Below are positions 20,124 through 28,672 of a stretch of DNA of 64,000 bases, piece by piece. Position 1 is the first letter of the stretch, and each line of letters starts with the position of its first letter. Under the pieces are notes generated by a model, which saw only the letters and a program-made list of their open reading frames with translations, did not search any database and was not told the DNA's origin. Location: the NCBI GenBank assembly GCA_036309065.1, contig JAXJUN010000028.1, forward strand, positions 17,410 through 81,409, given 5' to 3'. The translations under genes and the position numbers were made by a program. The DNA comes from Paludibacteraceae bacterium. GTDB lineage: Bacteria; Bacteroidota; Bacteroidia; Bacteroidales; Paludibacteraceae.

Positions 20124-20945
20124 ATGAGAAATGTTGTTTATCTACTTGTATTGTTGATGTGTTGCGCCTGTTCAAAGCCAACGAAACTAACGATTCTTCA
20201 TACGAACGATACCCATTCACAGATAGAACCTAAAGCGGATAACCGCGGTGGCTATGCGCGCCGTATGGGTCTTATACAGCGCGAACGCGCGATGGATGAA
20301 CATCTTCTTCTTGTGGATGCAGGGGATTTTTGCCAAGGCACTCCTTATTTTAATTATTATAAGGGACGCATAGAAGTGGAAGCCATGAATAGAATGGGAT
20401 ATGATGTGGTCACTCTGGGAAATCATGAGTTTGATAATGGAGTGGATACCTTAGCCACTATATTGCGCAATGCGCAGTTTGATGTGGTATGCGCCAATTA
20501 TGATATGCGGGGTACAGCCTTGGAATCTATTGTCAAACCCTATACCATCATTCGTCGTAATGGGCTAAAAATTGGTGTTTTTGGAATTGGTTGTGATCCC
20601 AAAGGACTTGTGGCAGATAAGAATCTTCAATCCATCACATTTAATCCACCATACCCTATTGCGCAGCAGATGGCAGATACATTGCGCGCACAAAAATGTG
20701 ATGTAGTAATCTGTTTGAGCCATTTAGGCACCTTTGGTAAATCATCCTATGACTACAATGACTCCACCATGGTGGCTACTACGCGAGGAATAGATGCCGT
20801 TATTGGCGGACATACCCATCAGATGCATGATAATCTGCGTGTGGCGAATAAGGATGGCTATGCCATTCCTGTTTGTCAAATGGGTAAAAGCGGCGTCAAT
20901 TTGGGCAAAATAGTGTTAAATTTAGGTAACAAAATTGCAAAATAG
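20124..20945 (+). CDS. metallophosphoesterase lipoprotein (5'-nucleotidase/UshA N-terminal-domain type)
   Basis: Lipoprotein signal (LLMCCACS). Calcineurin-like motifs (ILHTNDTHS, DAGDF, GNHEFD, LSHLG, GGHTH). No substrate-binding C-terminal domain in this ORF. Confidence 0.75.
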   Translation: MRNVVYLLVLLMCCACSKPTKLTILHTNDTHSQIEPKADNRGGYARRMGLIQRERAMDEHLLLVDAGDFCQGTPYFNYYKGRIEVEAMNRMGYDVVTLGNHEFDNGVDTLATILRNAQFDVVCANYDMRGTALESIVKPYTIIRRNGLKIGVFGIGCDPKGLVADKNLQSITFNPPYPIAQQMADTLRAQKCDVVICLSHLGTFGKSSYDYNDSTMVATTRGIDAVIGGHTHQMHDNLRVANKDGYAIPVCQMGKSGVNLGKIVLNLGNKIAK

Positions 20946-20954
20946 GGCAAAAAA

Positions 20955-20986
20955 TTTGGTCAATTCAAAAAAAAGCAGTACTTTTG
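20955..20986 (+). promoter_or_regulatory. promoter of acpP (TTTG-N20-TACTTTTG)
   Basis: TTTG at 20955 and TACTTTTG at 20979. The cassette AAAAAAGCAGTACTTTTGCAGCG is nearly identical to those at 28333 and 53845 (minus strand). Confidence 0.65.
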
Positions 20987-21083
20987 CAGCGATTTTCCCG
21001 AGTACGCATTTTTTTTGAAGTGTAATAGAGGAATGATTAAATAACGAAAAATAACTCAAGTATTAATATAATTATATTGAATT

Positions 21084-21320
21084 ATGACAGAAATTGAAGC
21101 AAAAGTAAAAGCAATCATCGTTGATAAGCTTGGTGTTGAGGAATCTCAAGTTACTAACGAGGCAAATTTCCAAACAGATCTCGGTGCTGATTCATTGGAT
21201 ACAGTAGAGATGATCATGGAATTTGAGAAGGAGTTCGGTATCTCTATTCCAGATGAGGATACACAAAAAATTGCTACCGTAGGTGAGGCTATCGCTTATG
21301 TAGAGCAATCTATGCAATAA
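21084..21320 (+). CDS. acpP: acyl carrier protein
   Basis: 78 aa with the phosphopantetheine site [11 protein letters not shown]. Confidence 0.96.
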   Translation: MTEIEAKVKAIIVDKLGVEESQVTNEANFQTDLGADSLDTVEMIMEFEKEFGISIPDEDTQKIATVGEAIAYVEQSMQ

Positions 21321-21339
21321 TTAGCATATACCAATGAAA

Positions 21340-21378
21340 TACGAGTTTACGGGATAACTGTAAACTCGTACATTTTTA
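21340..21378 (+). terminator. intrinsic terminator/attenuator between acpP and fabF
   Basis: Perfect 11-bp stem TACGAGTTTAC / GTAAACTCGTA with a 9-nt loop, followed by CATTTTTATC. Confidence 0.6.
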
Positions 21379-21392
21379 TCTATACATCCATT

Positions 21393-22655
21393 ATGCCATA
21401 CCAGAGAAGGGTTGTTATTACAGGGATTGGCGCGGTAACTCCTGTCGGATTATCTGCGCAAGAAACATGGGATGCACTCACCAAAGGGAAGAGTGGAATA
21501 GCCCCTATTACCGCTTTTGATGTATCCTTATTCAAAACGAAATTTGCTGGAGAAGTAAAGGGATTTGACCCATCCTATCTCATGGATCATAAAGAGGCGC
21601 GTAAGATGGACCGCTATAGCCAATTATCTATAGCTGCTGTGGATGAGGCTATGCGCGATAGTCAATTGGATGTAAATCAGGAGGATAAATCCCGAATAGG
21701 CGTTATATGGGGGTCTGGAATGGGCGGACTGCAGACTACAGAACGCGAATGTTTTGACTACGCCAAAGGCGATGGCACACCCCATTTTAATCCCTTCATG
21801 ATTCCTAAAGCAATACCGAATATCGCTGCAGGACTCATCACTATCCGCTGGGGGCTGAAAGGCCTTAGTTTAGCAGTTTCCTCTGCTTGCTCTTCCTCTT
21901 CACATGCGCTTATCATGGCATTAGACCAAATCCGCCTCGGTCGGGCCGATATTATAATAAGCGGCGGCGCGGATGCAGATGTCACTTATACAGGCATCGG
22001 TGGATTCAATGCCCTACATGCCCTTTCCACACGCAATGACTCGCCACATACAGCCAGCCGACCATTCTCAAAGTCTCGTGATGGGTTTATATTGAGCGAA
22101 GGAGCAGGCTGCCTTATCCTCGAGGACTATGAGCACGCAAAGGCACGAGGAGCAAAAATATATGCAGAACTGATAGGTGGGGCCCTCACATCAGATGCAT
22201 ACCATATGACTGCTCCAGACCCGGAAGGACAAGGAGCCGAAAGCGTGATGCGCATGGCAATACAGGATGCACACATCTCACCTGATGCCATTGATTATAT
22301 CAATACACATGGCACTTCTACGCCCTTGGGCGATATAGCAGAAGTAAAGGCTATTAAAGCCGTCTTTGGAGAGCATGTCTATCACATGAACCTCAGCTCC
22401 ACCAAATCAATGACAGGGCATATGATTGGCGGAACGGGAGCTGTAGAAGCATTAGCTTCTATCATGGCGCTGAAAGAGGGAATCATTCCGCCTACAATCA
22501 ATCACGCAGAGGATGATGTGGATGAAGAAATAGATACGCGCATTAATTTCACCTTCAACGAGGCGCAAAAGCGGAATATACACTACGCCTTGAGCAATAC
22601 ATTTGGTTTTGGAGGACATAATGCTACACTCATATTTAAGAAATGGGAAGAGTAA
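21393..22655 (+). CDS. fabF: 3-oxoacyl-[ACP] synthase II
   Basis: KAS II colinearity. Active-site Cys context (AVSSACSSSSHAL) and His motifs (INTHGTSTPLGD, GHMIGGTG). Confidence 0.93.
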   Translation: MPYQRRVVITGIGAVTPVGLSAQETWDALTKGKSGIAPITAFDVSLFKTKFAGEVKGFDPSYLMDHKEARKMDRYSQLSIAAVDEAMRDSQLDVNQEDKSRIGVIWGSGMGGLQTTERECFDYAKGDGTPHFNPFMIPKAIPNIAAGLITIRWGLKGLSLAVSSACSSSSHALIMALDQIRLGRADIIISGGADADVTYTGIGGFNALHALSTRNDSPHTASRPFSKSRDGFILSEGAGCLILEDYEHAKARGAKIYAELIGGALTSDAYHMTAPDPEGQGAESVMRMAIQDAHISPDAIDYINTHGTSTPLGDIAEVKAIKAVFGEHVYHMNLSSTKSMTGHMIGGTGAVEALASIMALKEGIIPPTINHAEDDVDEEIDTRINFTFNEAQKRNIHYALSNTFGFGGHNATLIFKKWEE

Positions 22656-22700
22656 CCCCATAATCGGTACTCATTATTAGTCACATTTAAATAAGGTATT

Positions 22701-22895
22701 ATGATTACGAAAATTGGAGAAAACGCAGGTCTTGTATGGAATAGCCTGCAAAATGGAGCACAAGAGATAAAGGCTATTAAAAAAGCCACAAAACTCAAAA
22801 ATGAGGATTTGTATATGGCTCTTGGTTGGCTCGCACGCGAGGGCAAATTGGCTTTCGTTGTGAATGAGAAAGAGATGACTATTGAGTTAGTCTAA
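22701..22895 (+). CDS. small winged-helix domain protein (DUF2582-like)
   Basis: 64 aa. IGENAGLVWNSL...EDLYMALGWLAREGKL is typical of this small wHTH family. Confidence 0.55.
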   Translation: MITKIGENAGLVWNSLQNGAQEIKAIKKATKLKNEDLYMALGWLAREGKLAFVVNEKEMTIELV

Positions 22896-22964
22896 TCAAT
22901 CATGAACTTGTTTCTCCCTCGGGAGAGGCGAGTTCTATCTCTTACTTTTAAAATACTATATAGC

Positions 22965-23966
22965 ATGGTAATCGCTATTGTTGGCGCTTCAGGTGCTGTA
23001 GGACAAGAATTGCTGCGCGTATTAGAGCAGCGTTCATTCCCTATTACTGAATTACGCCTTTTTGGCTCCGAGCGCTCAGCCGGACAATCCTATTTATTCC
23101 GTGGGGTATCGCATACCGTACACTTATTACAACATGACGACGCTTTCAAAGGCGTCGATATTGCTTTTGTCTCCGCGGGCGCGGGCATATCACGCGAATA
23201 CGCAGACGATATCACGCGCTATGGAGCAGTCATGATAGATAACTCATCTGCTTTCCGTTTGGACGAAGATGTGCCTTTGGTCGTGCCAGAAGTCAATGCA
23301 ACGGATGCGTTGGTGCGCCCACGAGCTATCATTGCCAATCCAAACTGCACCACAATACAAATGGTGGTAGCATTACAAGCAATCAATCGTCTAAGTCCTA
23401 TCAAGCGCGTTCATGTAGCTACCTATCAAGCCGCTTCTGGCGCAGGAGCACAAGCAATGAAGGAGTTGGAAGAGCAATATCGTCAGATAGCGAATGGCGA
23501 GCAACCCACCGTGGCAAAGTTTGCACATCAATTGGCATATAATCTCATTCCTCATATCGATGTCTTCACCGAGAATGGATACACCAAAGAGGAAATGAAA
23601 ATGCACAATGAGACACGCAAGATTATGCATTCAAATATCCGAGTGAGTGCCACTTGTGTGCGCGTTCCATCCCTGCGAGCACATAGCGAAAGCGTATGGG
23701 TGGAGACAGAAACGCCTATTAGTGTAGAGCAAGCCAAAGAGGCTTTTGCCAATGCACAAGGATGCGTCCTCATGGACGAACCAGAGAATAAAGTATATCC
23801 TATGCCTCTCTTCTTGAGCGGTAAGGACGAGGTATTCATCGGTCGAGTGAGAAAAGATATAACGGACGAATGTGGCTTGAGTTTCTGGTGCGTGAGCGAT
23901 CAGATACGCAAAGGAGCAGCATTGAATGCCGTACAAATAGCTGAATATATCATCCAACATGGATAA
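22965..23966 (+). CDS. asd: aspartate-semialdehyde dehydrogenase
   Basis: Rossmann start [15 protein letters not shown]. Active-site region [11 protein letters not shown]. The ORF-track start at 22902 adds 21 non-homologous codons, so ATG 22965 is preferred. Confidence 0.9.
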   Translation: MVIAIVGASGAVGQELLRVLEQRSFPITELRLFGSERSAGQSYLFRGVSHTVHLLQHDDAFKGVDIAFVSAGAGISREYADDITRYGAVMIDNSSAFRLDEDVPLVVPEVNATDALVRPRAIIANPNCTTIQMVVALQAINRLSPIKRVHVATYQAASGAGAQAMKELEEQYRQIANGEQPTVAKFAHQLAYNLIPHIDVFTENGYTKEEMKMHNETRKIMHSNIRVSATCVRVPSLRAHSESVWVETETPISVEQAKEAFANAQGCVLMDEPENKVYPMPLFLSGKDEVFIGRVRKDITDECGLSFWCVSDQIRKGAALNAVQIAEYIIQHG

Positions 23967-25218
23967 AACCAATACACATATTGAGATTATGGCCCCTGTG
24001 GGCAATCGCGAAGCATTGATAGCCGCGATAGAGGCAGGAGCCACAAGTGTCTATTTCGGAATAGAGCACCTCAATATGCGTGCCCGTAGTTCTGCCAATT
24101 TCACTACAGCCGACATGGACGATATCGTGGCTACATGCCGCGAAGCAGGAGTTCGTACCTATCTCACCCTCAATACCGTTATGTATCCTGAGGACCTGCC
24201 ACTGATGCGTGAGATTGTAGATCATGCACATCAAGTGGGCGTAGATGCTATCATTGCAAGCGATATAGCAGTAATGCAATATGCAGCGCAGATAGGCCAG
24301 GAAGTGCATCTCTCCACCCAACTCAATATAGCCAACACGGAAGCATTGCGTTTCTATGCCCAGTTTGCAGATGTGGTGGTCTTGGCACGCGAACTGAATA
24401 TGGACCAGGTCGCATCTATTCATCGCGATATAGAAGAGCAAGGCATCGTAGGACCAAAAGGCGAACTACTCCGTATTGAGATGTTCTGCCACGGAGCCTT
24501 GTGCATGGCAGTGAGCGGCAAATGCTATCTCAGTCTCAATAACTACGGCTATTCTGCCAATCGTGGCGCATGTGTGCAGGTCTGCCGCAGAGGATACACG
24601 GTGCGCGATAAGTCATCCGATTTGGAATTGGATATAGATAATCAGTATATCATGTCCCCTAAGGACCTCAAGACCATCCATTTCCTCAATAAAATGCTTG
24701 ATGCCGGCGTTCGTGTACTCAAGATAGAAGGCAGAGCGCGTGGGGCGGAATATGTATCCACCGTTGTTCGCTGCTATCGCGAGGCTGTTCAAGCATGGCG
24801 AAATGGTGATTACGAAGATGATAATCGTATCCTTCCTCAGTTGGCAGCGTGGGATGAACGCCTAAGCCAAGTATTCAATCGTGGCTTCTGGGATGGTTAT
24901 TATCAGGGTCAGCGCCTCGGCGAATGGACGCATACCTATGGAAATCTGGCTACTCGCAAGAAAATATACGCAGCCAAATGTACCAATTTCTTTAAGAATC
25001 TAAGTGTGGCTGAGTTCATGCTTGAGGCAGTTGATTCAATCACCAATAACCAAGACATACTCATCACAGGCGCTACCACAGGACTGTATGAGTCCAATAC
25101 ACAGGGCATACGCAATGCCGCTGGACAACCCACCGATTGTATCCGAAAAGGAGAGTTTTTCTCCATCAAAACAGATAAACTAATCCATCGAGGAGATAAA
25201 TTATATATTTGGGAATGA
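23959..25218 (+). CDS. U32-family peptidase (PrtC/collagenase-like)
   Basis: N-terminal ...[26 protein letters not shown]... and overall U32 pattern. Overlaps the asd stop by 8 nt. Confidence 0.75.
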   Translation: MDKTNTHIEIMAPVGNREALIAAIEAGATSVYFGIEHLNMRARSSANFTTADMDDIVATCREAGVRTYLTLNTVMYPEDLPLMREIVDHAHQVGVDAIIASDIAVMQYAAQIGQEVHLSTQLNIANTEALRFYAQFADVVVLARELNMDQVASIHRDIEEQGIVGPKGELLRIEMFCHGALCMAVSGKCYLSLNNYGYSANRGACVQVCRRGYTVRDKSSDLELDIDNQYIMSPKDLKTIHFLNKMLDAGVRVLKIEGRARGAEYVSTVVRCYREAVQAWRNGDYEDDNRILPQLAAWDERLSQVFNRGFWDGYYQGQRLGEWTHTYGNLATRKKIYAAKCTNFFKNLSVAEFMLEAVDSITNNQDILITGATTGLYESNTQGIRNAAGQPTDCIRKGEFFSIKTDKLIHRGDKLYIWE

Positions 25219-25871
25219 TAAACGAAATAGCACATATCATATCGCCAGTCAGTGCACCTTGGTGCGCTTGGATGTTATTGGGCTTGCTGATATGTGGAGT
25301 CCTGAGCGAATGGCTACAACCAGGCGTTGTCTCTTCCTCCTTTTCTTCTCTTTTGAGCCGCGCAGAGCGTACCTATAAAGCAGCACCAAATAATTTCTTT
25401 GGGCAGTTATTAATCACGCTCTTCCGTGTCGGTTGTTTATCTTTGGCTTTGTATCTGGCTGTGTGGCAAGGTGGTGCATTTGATATGCGCGGATTCTTTG
25501 TTATTGCAGCGGTAGTACTATGCGTCTTGCTAATCAAAATGCTATGCTACCTATTCTTGAAATATGTGCTCGCAATATCTGCGCAATTCACAATCGCTAC
25601 AGAGCATTATAGCAATCTATTCACCTTAGCAATGGTGTTTTTGTATCCTGTACTGCTCTTCCTCTTTTATGTCGGTAGTAGTACGATATGCTTGTATGTA
25701 TTATGTGTGCTGGCCGCTCTTTTTCTAATCGTTTGGTTGATTAAGAGTGCTCGCTTATTTATTATTTCGCCAATGGGCATACTGTATTTCCTCTTGTATA
25801 TGGCTACATTAGAGGTCTTGCCTATGGGCGGTTTGTATTATTTATCCGCAAAAACGGTATTATATTTATGA
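25215..25871 (+). CDS. polytopic membrane protein (DUF4271-like)
   Basis: ATGA overlap with the U32 stop (ATG 25215; ORF-track 25209 is a TTG). About 6 TM helices. The context DUF4271-HemD-like-RnpA-YidD is familiar from Bacteroidales. Confidence 0.5.
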   Translation: MINEIAHIISPVSAPWCAWMLLGLLICGVLSEWLQPGVVSSSFSSLLSRAERTYKAAPNNFFGQLLITLFRVGCLSLALYLAVWQGGAFDMRGFFVIAAVVLCVLLIKMLCYLFLKYVLAISAQFTIATEHYSNLFTLAMVFLYPVLLFLFYVGSSTICLYVLCVLAALFLIVWLIKSARLFIISPMGILYFLLYMATLEVLPMGGLYYLSAKTVLYL

Positions 25872-26614
25872 TAAAGAAAATTCTCTTTTCGCAACCACAA
25901 CCATCCACTGTTCACAATCCTTATTCCCGTTTGGAGGAGCAGTATGGTGTGCAATGCGATTTCTATCAGTTCATTCACATTGAGGGATTGACGGCTAAAG
26001 AGTTCCGTCAGCAGCGCATCCATCCGCTGGATTATTCTGCGGTTATCCTCAATTCCAAGTTAGGAATAGAGCACTATTTCCGTCTTTGTGAAGAAATGCG
26101 CATCACAGTTCCTGATACAATGCACTATTATTGCAATTCAGAGCAAGTAGGATTATATCTACAAAAGTATATCCAGTACCGCAAGCGTAAAGTCTTCTTC
26201 CCAGAGACGGGCAATCGCTTTGAGGATGTGCTACCTGCTATGCATCGCCGTCCGCATGAAACATACCTGATGGTATTGTCGGATATACACAACCAGGAGC
26301 AAATCAATATGTTCGCGGAGAATAATATTGAAGTCACCCCAGCTATTATGTACCGCACAGTCACTACACCTTGGCCTAAGGAACAACCATTCGACTACGA
26401 CATGATAGCCCTCTTCACACCTGCAGGAGTAAAAGCCCTCTGTGAGAATTTCCCTGATTGGAAACAAGGAGAAACACTCATCGCGGCTTTTGGTGAAGGC
26501 ACTATCCGCGCCTTAGAGCAAGCAGGATATAGAGTGGATATCACAGCAGGAGCTAACTGCCCATTTGCCTCATTACCAATGGCAATCGCAGATTATTTAG
26601 ATAAAAACGCATAA
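25868..26614 (+). CDS. hemD: uroporphyrinogen-III synthase-like (HemD-family) protein
   Basis: ATGA overlap with the preceding ORF. 248 aa with a HemD-like two-lobe pattern. Assigned from remembered family resemblance and synteny, not from catalytic motifs. Confidence 0.5.
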   Translation: MIKKILFSQPQPSTVHNPYSRLEEQYGVQCDFYQFIHIEGLTAKEFRQQRIHPLDYSAVILNSKLGIEHYFRLCEEMRITVPDTMHYYCNSEQVGLYLQKYIQYRKRKVFFPETGNRFEDVLPAMHRRPHETYLMVLSDIHNQEQINMFAENNIEVTPAIMYRTVTTPWPKEQPFDYDMIALFTPAGVKALCENFPDWKQGETLIAAFGEGTIRALEQAGYRVDITAGANCPFASLPMAIADYLDKNA

Positions 26615-26617
26615 AAA

Positions 26618-26983
26618 TTGGCGTATTGTTTTCCGAAATATAATAAACTCTGTGGACAACTAAATATCGCACATGTCTATCAAGAGGGGAAAAAGCAGGT
26701 GATATGGCCTTTGCGTATCACATGGTTGCCCACCGATGGGGAAACCAAGATACTCATATGGGCACCTAAATCGCTCTTCAAAAAAGCGGTGGACCGAAAT
26801 AAAATACGCCGATTGATGCGCGAGGCATATAGGCTAAACCAAAGCCTATTAGGGGATCGGCATTATCTTATCGCAATGAATTACATGGATAAGGCGATGC
26901 CTTCTTATGCCCAAATAGAGCGGTCGATGCGCAAAGCACTCACTAAAATAGCAGCATATGGAATGGAGAACAATCGGTCGTAA
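26618..26983 (+). CDS. rnpA: ribonuclease P protein component
   Basis: RnpA basic motif ([19 protein letters not shown]). There is no in-frame ATG near the 5' end, so the TTG at 26618 is the likely start. Confidence 0.8.
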   Translation: MAYCFPKYNKLCGQLNIAHVYQEGKKQVIWPLRITWLPTDGETKILIWAPKSLFKKAVDRNKIRRLMREAYRLNQSLLGDRHYLIAMNYMDKAMPSYAQIERSMRKALTKIAAYGMENNRS

Positions 26984-27185
26984 AGTATTCTTACTGCCTG
27001 TGTATTTTTATCGTGCATGTATCTCGCCTCTAACCCCGCCATCATGCCGATTTACGCCCACTTGCAGCCAATACATGGTAGAGGCGGTGATGAAGTATGG
27101 TATCTTCAAAGGTGCATGGCTGGGCATTAAGCGCATCCTGCGCTGCCATCCATGGGGAGGAAGTGGCTACGACCCCGTCCCATAG
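26958..27185 (+). CDS. yidD: membrane protein insertion efficiency factor YidD
   Basis: YidD signature ([22 protein letters not shown]...[14 protein letters not shown]). Overlaps the rnpA 3' end by 26 nt. Confidence 0.88.
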   Translation: MEWRTIGRKVFLLPVYFYRACISPLTPPSCRFTPTCSQYMVEAVMKYGIFKGAWLGIKRILRCHPWGGSGYDPVP

Positions 27186-27298
27186 AATATCTAACTCTAT
27201 AATATCTAGTTGGTCTAGTCTACTAGTTCCCTAGCTCCCTAGTTCCCTAGTTCACTAGTTTATCTAGAAATCTAAAACTCTAGATATCTATCCCTAGC
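27186..27298. repeat. CTAG-rich 8-9-nt tandem array
   Basis: 10 CTAG tetranucleotides between 27206 and 27297, e.g. CTAGTTCC CTAGCTCC CTAGTTCC CTAGTTCA CTAGTTTAT CTAG. The array starts directly after the yidD stop. Confidence 0.92.
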
Positions 27299-27309
27299 AA
27301 TAGCATTGC

Positions 27310-27534
27310 TGTTTTTGAAGCGAATGTAAAGAGCGCTTTTTTGTAAGTGAGTAAAACGAACGCGTTTTTGTGAGAACCCCAGCAGCGATTTGTTAAATCG
27401 TCTGCGACGAGAGTAAAAATTAAGGCGCATTTATGCTCGCATAAAATGCGGATTAGTTGTTTACGCTCGAAGCCGCGTGGGCTGAAAGCATAGCGGTGGT
27501 GGGTTCGTCGTTTTTGGTTACCTAAAAAATGTTT
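27310..27534 (+). repeat. copy A of a three-copy intergenic repeat (candidate structured RNA element)
   Basis: 5' module TGTTTTTGAAGCG..GCGCTTTTTTGT.AG..GCG.GTTTTTGTGAGAACCC and 3' module GGGTTCGTCGTTTTTGGTTACCTAAAAAATGTT are shared with copy C. Copy B is colinear with compensatory changes (see findings). Confidence 0.8.
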
Positions 27535-27557
27535 TTATATTTTTATCCTATTTTTAT

Positions 27558-27565
27558 TATTTTTG
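27558..27565 (+). promoter_or_regulatory. -7 promoter box TATTTTTG upstream of trmD
   Basis: Matches TAnnTTTG, 18 nt before ATG 27584, in an AT-rich tract. Confidence 0.5.
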
Positions 27566-27583
27566 TTTAAATAAATAGCAAGT

Positions 27584-28261
27584 ATGCGAATAGATATTAT
27601 TTCAGCCTGTCCCGAATTATTGCAATCACCTTTGCAGCATTCCATCATACGCCGTGCACAAGAAAAAGGATTGTGCGAGATAGTGGTGCATAACCTGCGC
27701 GACTGGACATTAGATAAGCATCGCAAAATAGATGATTATGCTTTTGGCTTTGGCGCAGGTATGGTGCTCCAGATAGAACCCATCGACCGCCTCATCACAC
27801 ATCTCACTTCCGAGCGTCACTATGATGAAATCATCTTCACAGCACCCGATGGCGAACGATTTACACAAGGCGAGGCAAATCAACTATCGCTGAAAGAAAA
27901 TATCATCATCCTTTGTGGGCATTATAAAGGAGTGGACCAACGCGTGCGCGATCATTTAATCACAAAGGAATATACAATCGGTGATTTTGTACTCACCGGT
28001 GGTGAACTGCCTGCGGCTATCATGACGGACGCTATTGTGCGCCTATTACCTGGCGCATTAGGAGATATAGAAAGTGCACTCAATGATTCATTCCAAGATG
28101 GCCTCTTGGAAGCAGGTGTTTATACCCGCCCAGCGGAATACAAGGGATGGCGAGTGCCGGATATATTACTCTCTGGTCACCAAGCCAAAATAGAAGAGTG
28201 GCAATACGAGCAATCGCTTGAGCATACTAAGAAAAGACGCCCCGACCTCTTAGGAGAATAA
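27584..28261 (+). CDS. trmD: tRNA (guanine37-N1)-methyltransferase
   Basis: TrmD colinearity ([13 protein letters not shown]..., [38 protein letters not shown]). Confidence 0.93.
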   Translation: MRIDIISACPELLQSPLQHSIIRRAQEKGLCEIVVHNLRDWTLDKHRKIDDYAFGFGAGMVLQIEPIDRLITHLTSERHYDEIIFTAPDGERFTQGEANQLSLKENIIILCGHYKGVDQRVRDHLITKEYTIGDFVLTGGELPAAIMTDAIVRLLPGALGDIESALNDSFQDGLLEAGVYTRPAEYKGWRVPDILLSGHQAKIEEWQYEQSLEHTKKRRPDLLGE

Positions 28262-28315
28262 TTTGCAAAGTGAAATTTACAAAAAAATATTTTATTGTAC
28301 TTTTTTTTAAAAATA

Positions 28316-28347
28316 TTTGGTGGGTATTAAAAAAAGCAGTACCTTTG
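28316..28347 (+). promoter_or_regulatory. strong-consensus orphan promoter (TTTG-N20-TACCTTTG)
   Basis: TTTG at 28316 and TACCTTTG at 28340. The cassette AAAAAAGCAGTACCTTTGCACCG is nearly identical to the acpP promoter. Confidence 0.65.
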
Positions 28348-28352
28348 CACCG

Positions 28353-28425
28353 TGTTTTTCATGGTATTAGATTTAAGGTTAAGTAAAAAGATTGGGTTGT
28401 CGTGAGACAACCTTCTTTGTTTTTA
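28353..28425 (+). ncRNA. candidate ~70-nt small transcript / leader with 14-codon ORF (MVLDLRLSKKIGLS)
   Basis: Bounded by the consensus promoter (28316..28347) and an intrinsic terminator (28395..28425). ATG at 28361. TGA at 28403..28405 lies in the terminator loop. The transcript start is inferred, not observed. Confidence 0.4.
28395..28425 (+). terminator. intrinsic terminator
   Basis: Stem GGTTGTC / GACAACC with loop GTGA, followed by TTCTTTGTTTTT. Confidence 0.7.
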
Positions 28426-28672
28426 TACCCATCACTACTCTATACTCATTACTCAAGCGCCCTTTTGGGGCCCCCGACGAATTTTAATTCGTGGGGAGAG
28501 CGGAGGCATTAGGAGCCCGTCCATTTAGCGGAGTGGTATGGACCATTGCGACTAATAGCCGAACGCGCCGTTAGAGATAAGTTAGTGGTTGCTTAGAGGT
28601 TTGTTGATGGTTACTATACTTTCTCTATACCTTCTCTATACCCTGCCCCCCCCCTTTTTTTTTAGGTCTTTC

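Noticed and set aside
22902-22964. 21-codon extension of asd
   Set aside because: Asd proteins begin at the Rossmann motif ([13 protein letters not shown]). The extension has no homology-like features.
27186-27298. CRISPR array interpretation of the short tandem arrays (also 14871, 28673, 39605)
   Set aside because: Units are only 7-9 nt, directly abutting, with no unique spacers. There are no cas genes in the window.
27498-27512. tRNA T-arm-like GGTGGGTTCGTCG in the 3' module of the repeat (possible tRNA fragment or att site marking an island)
   Set aside because: No acceptor, D or anticodon arms can be folded around it. There is no integrase or tRNA gene in the window. The GGGTTC is better explained as the 3' arm of the covarying closing helix.
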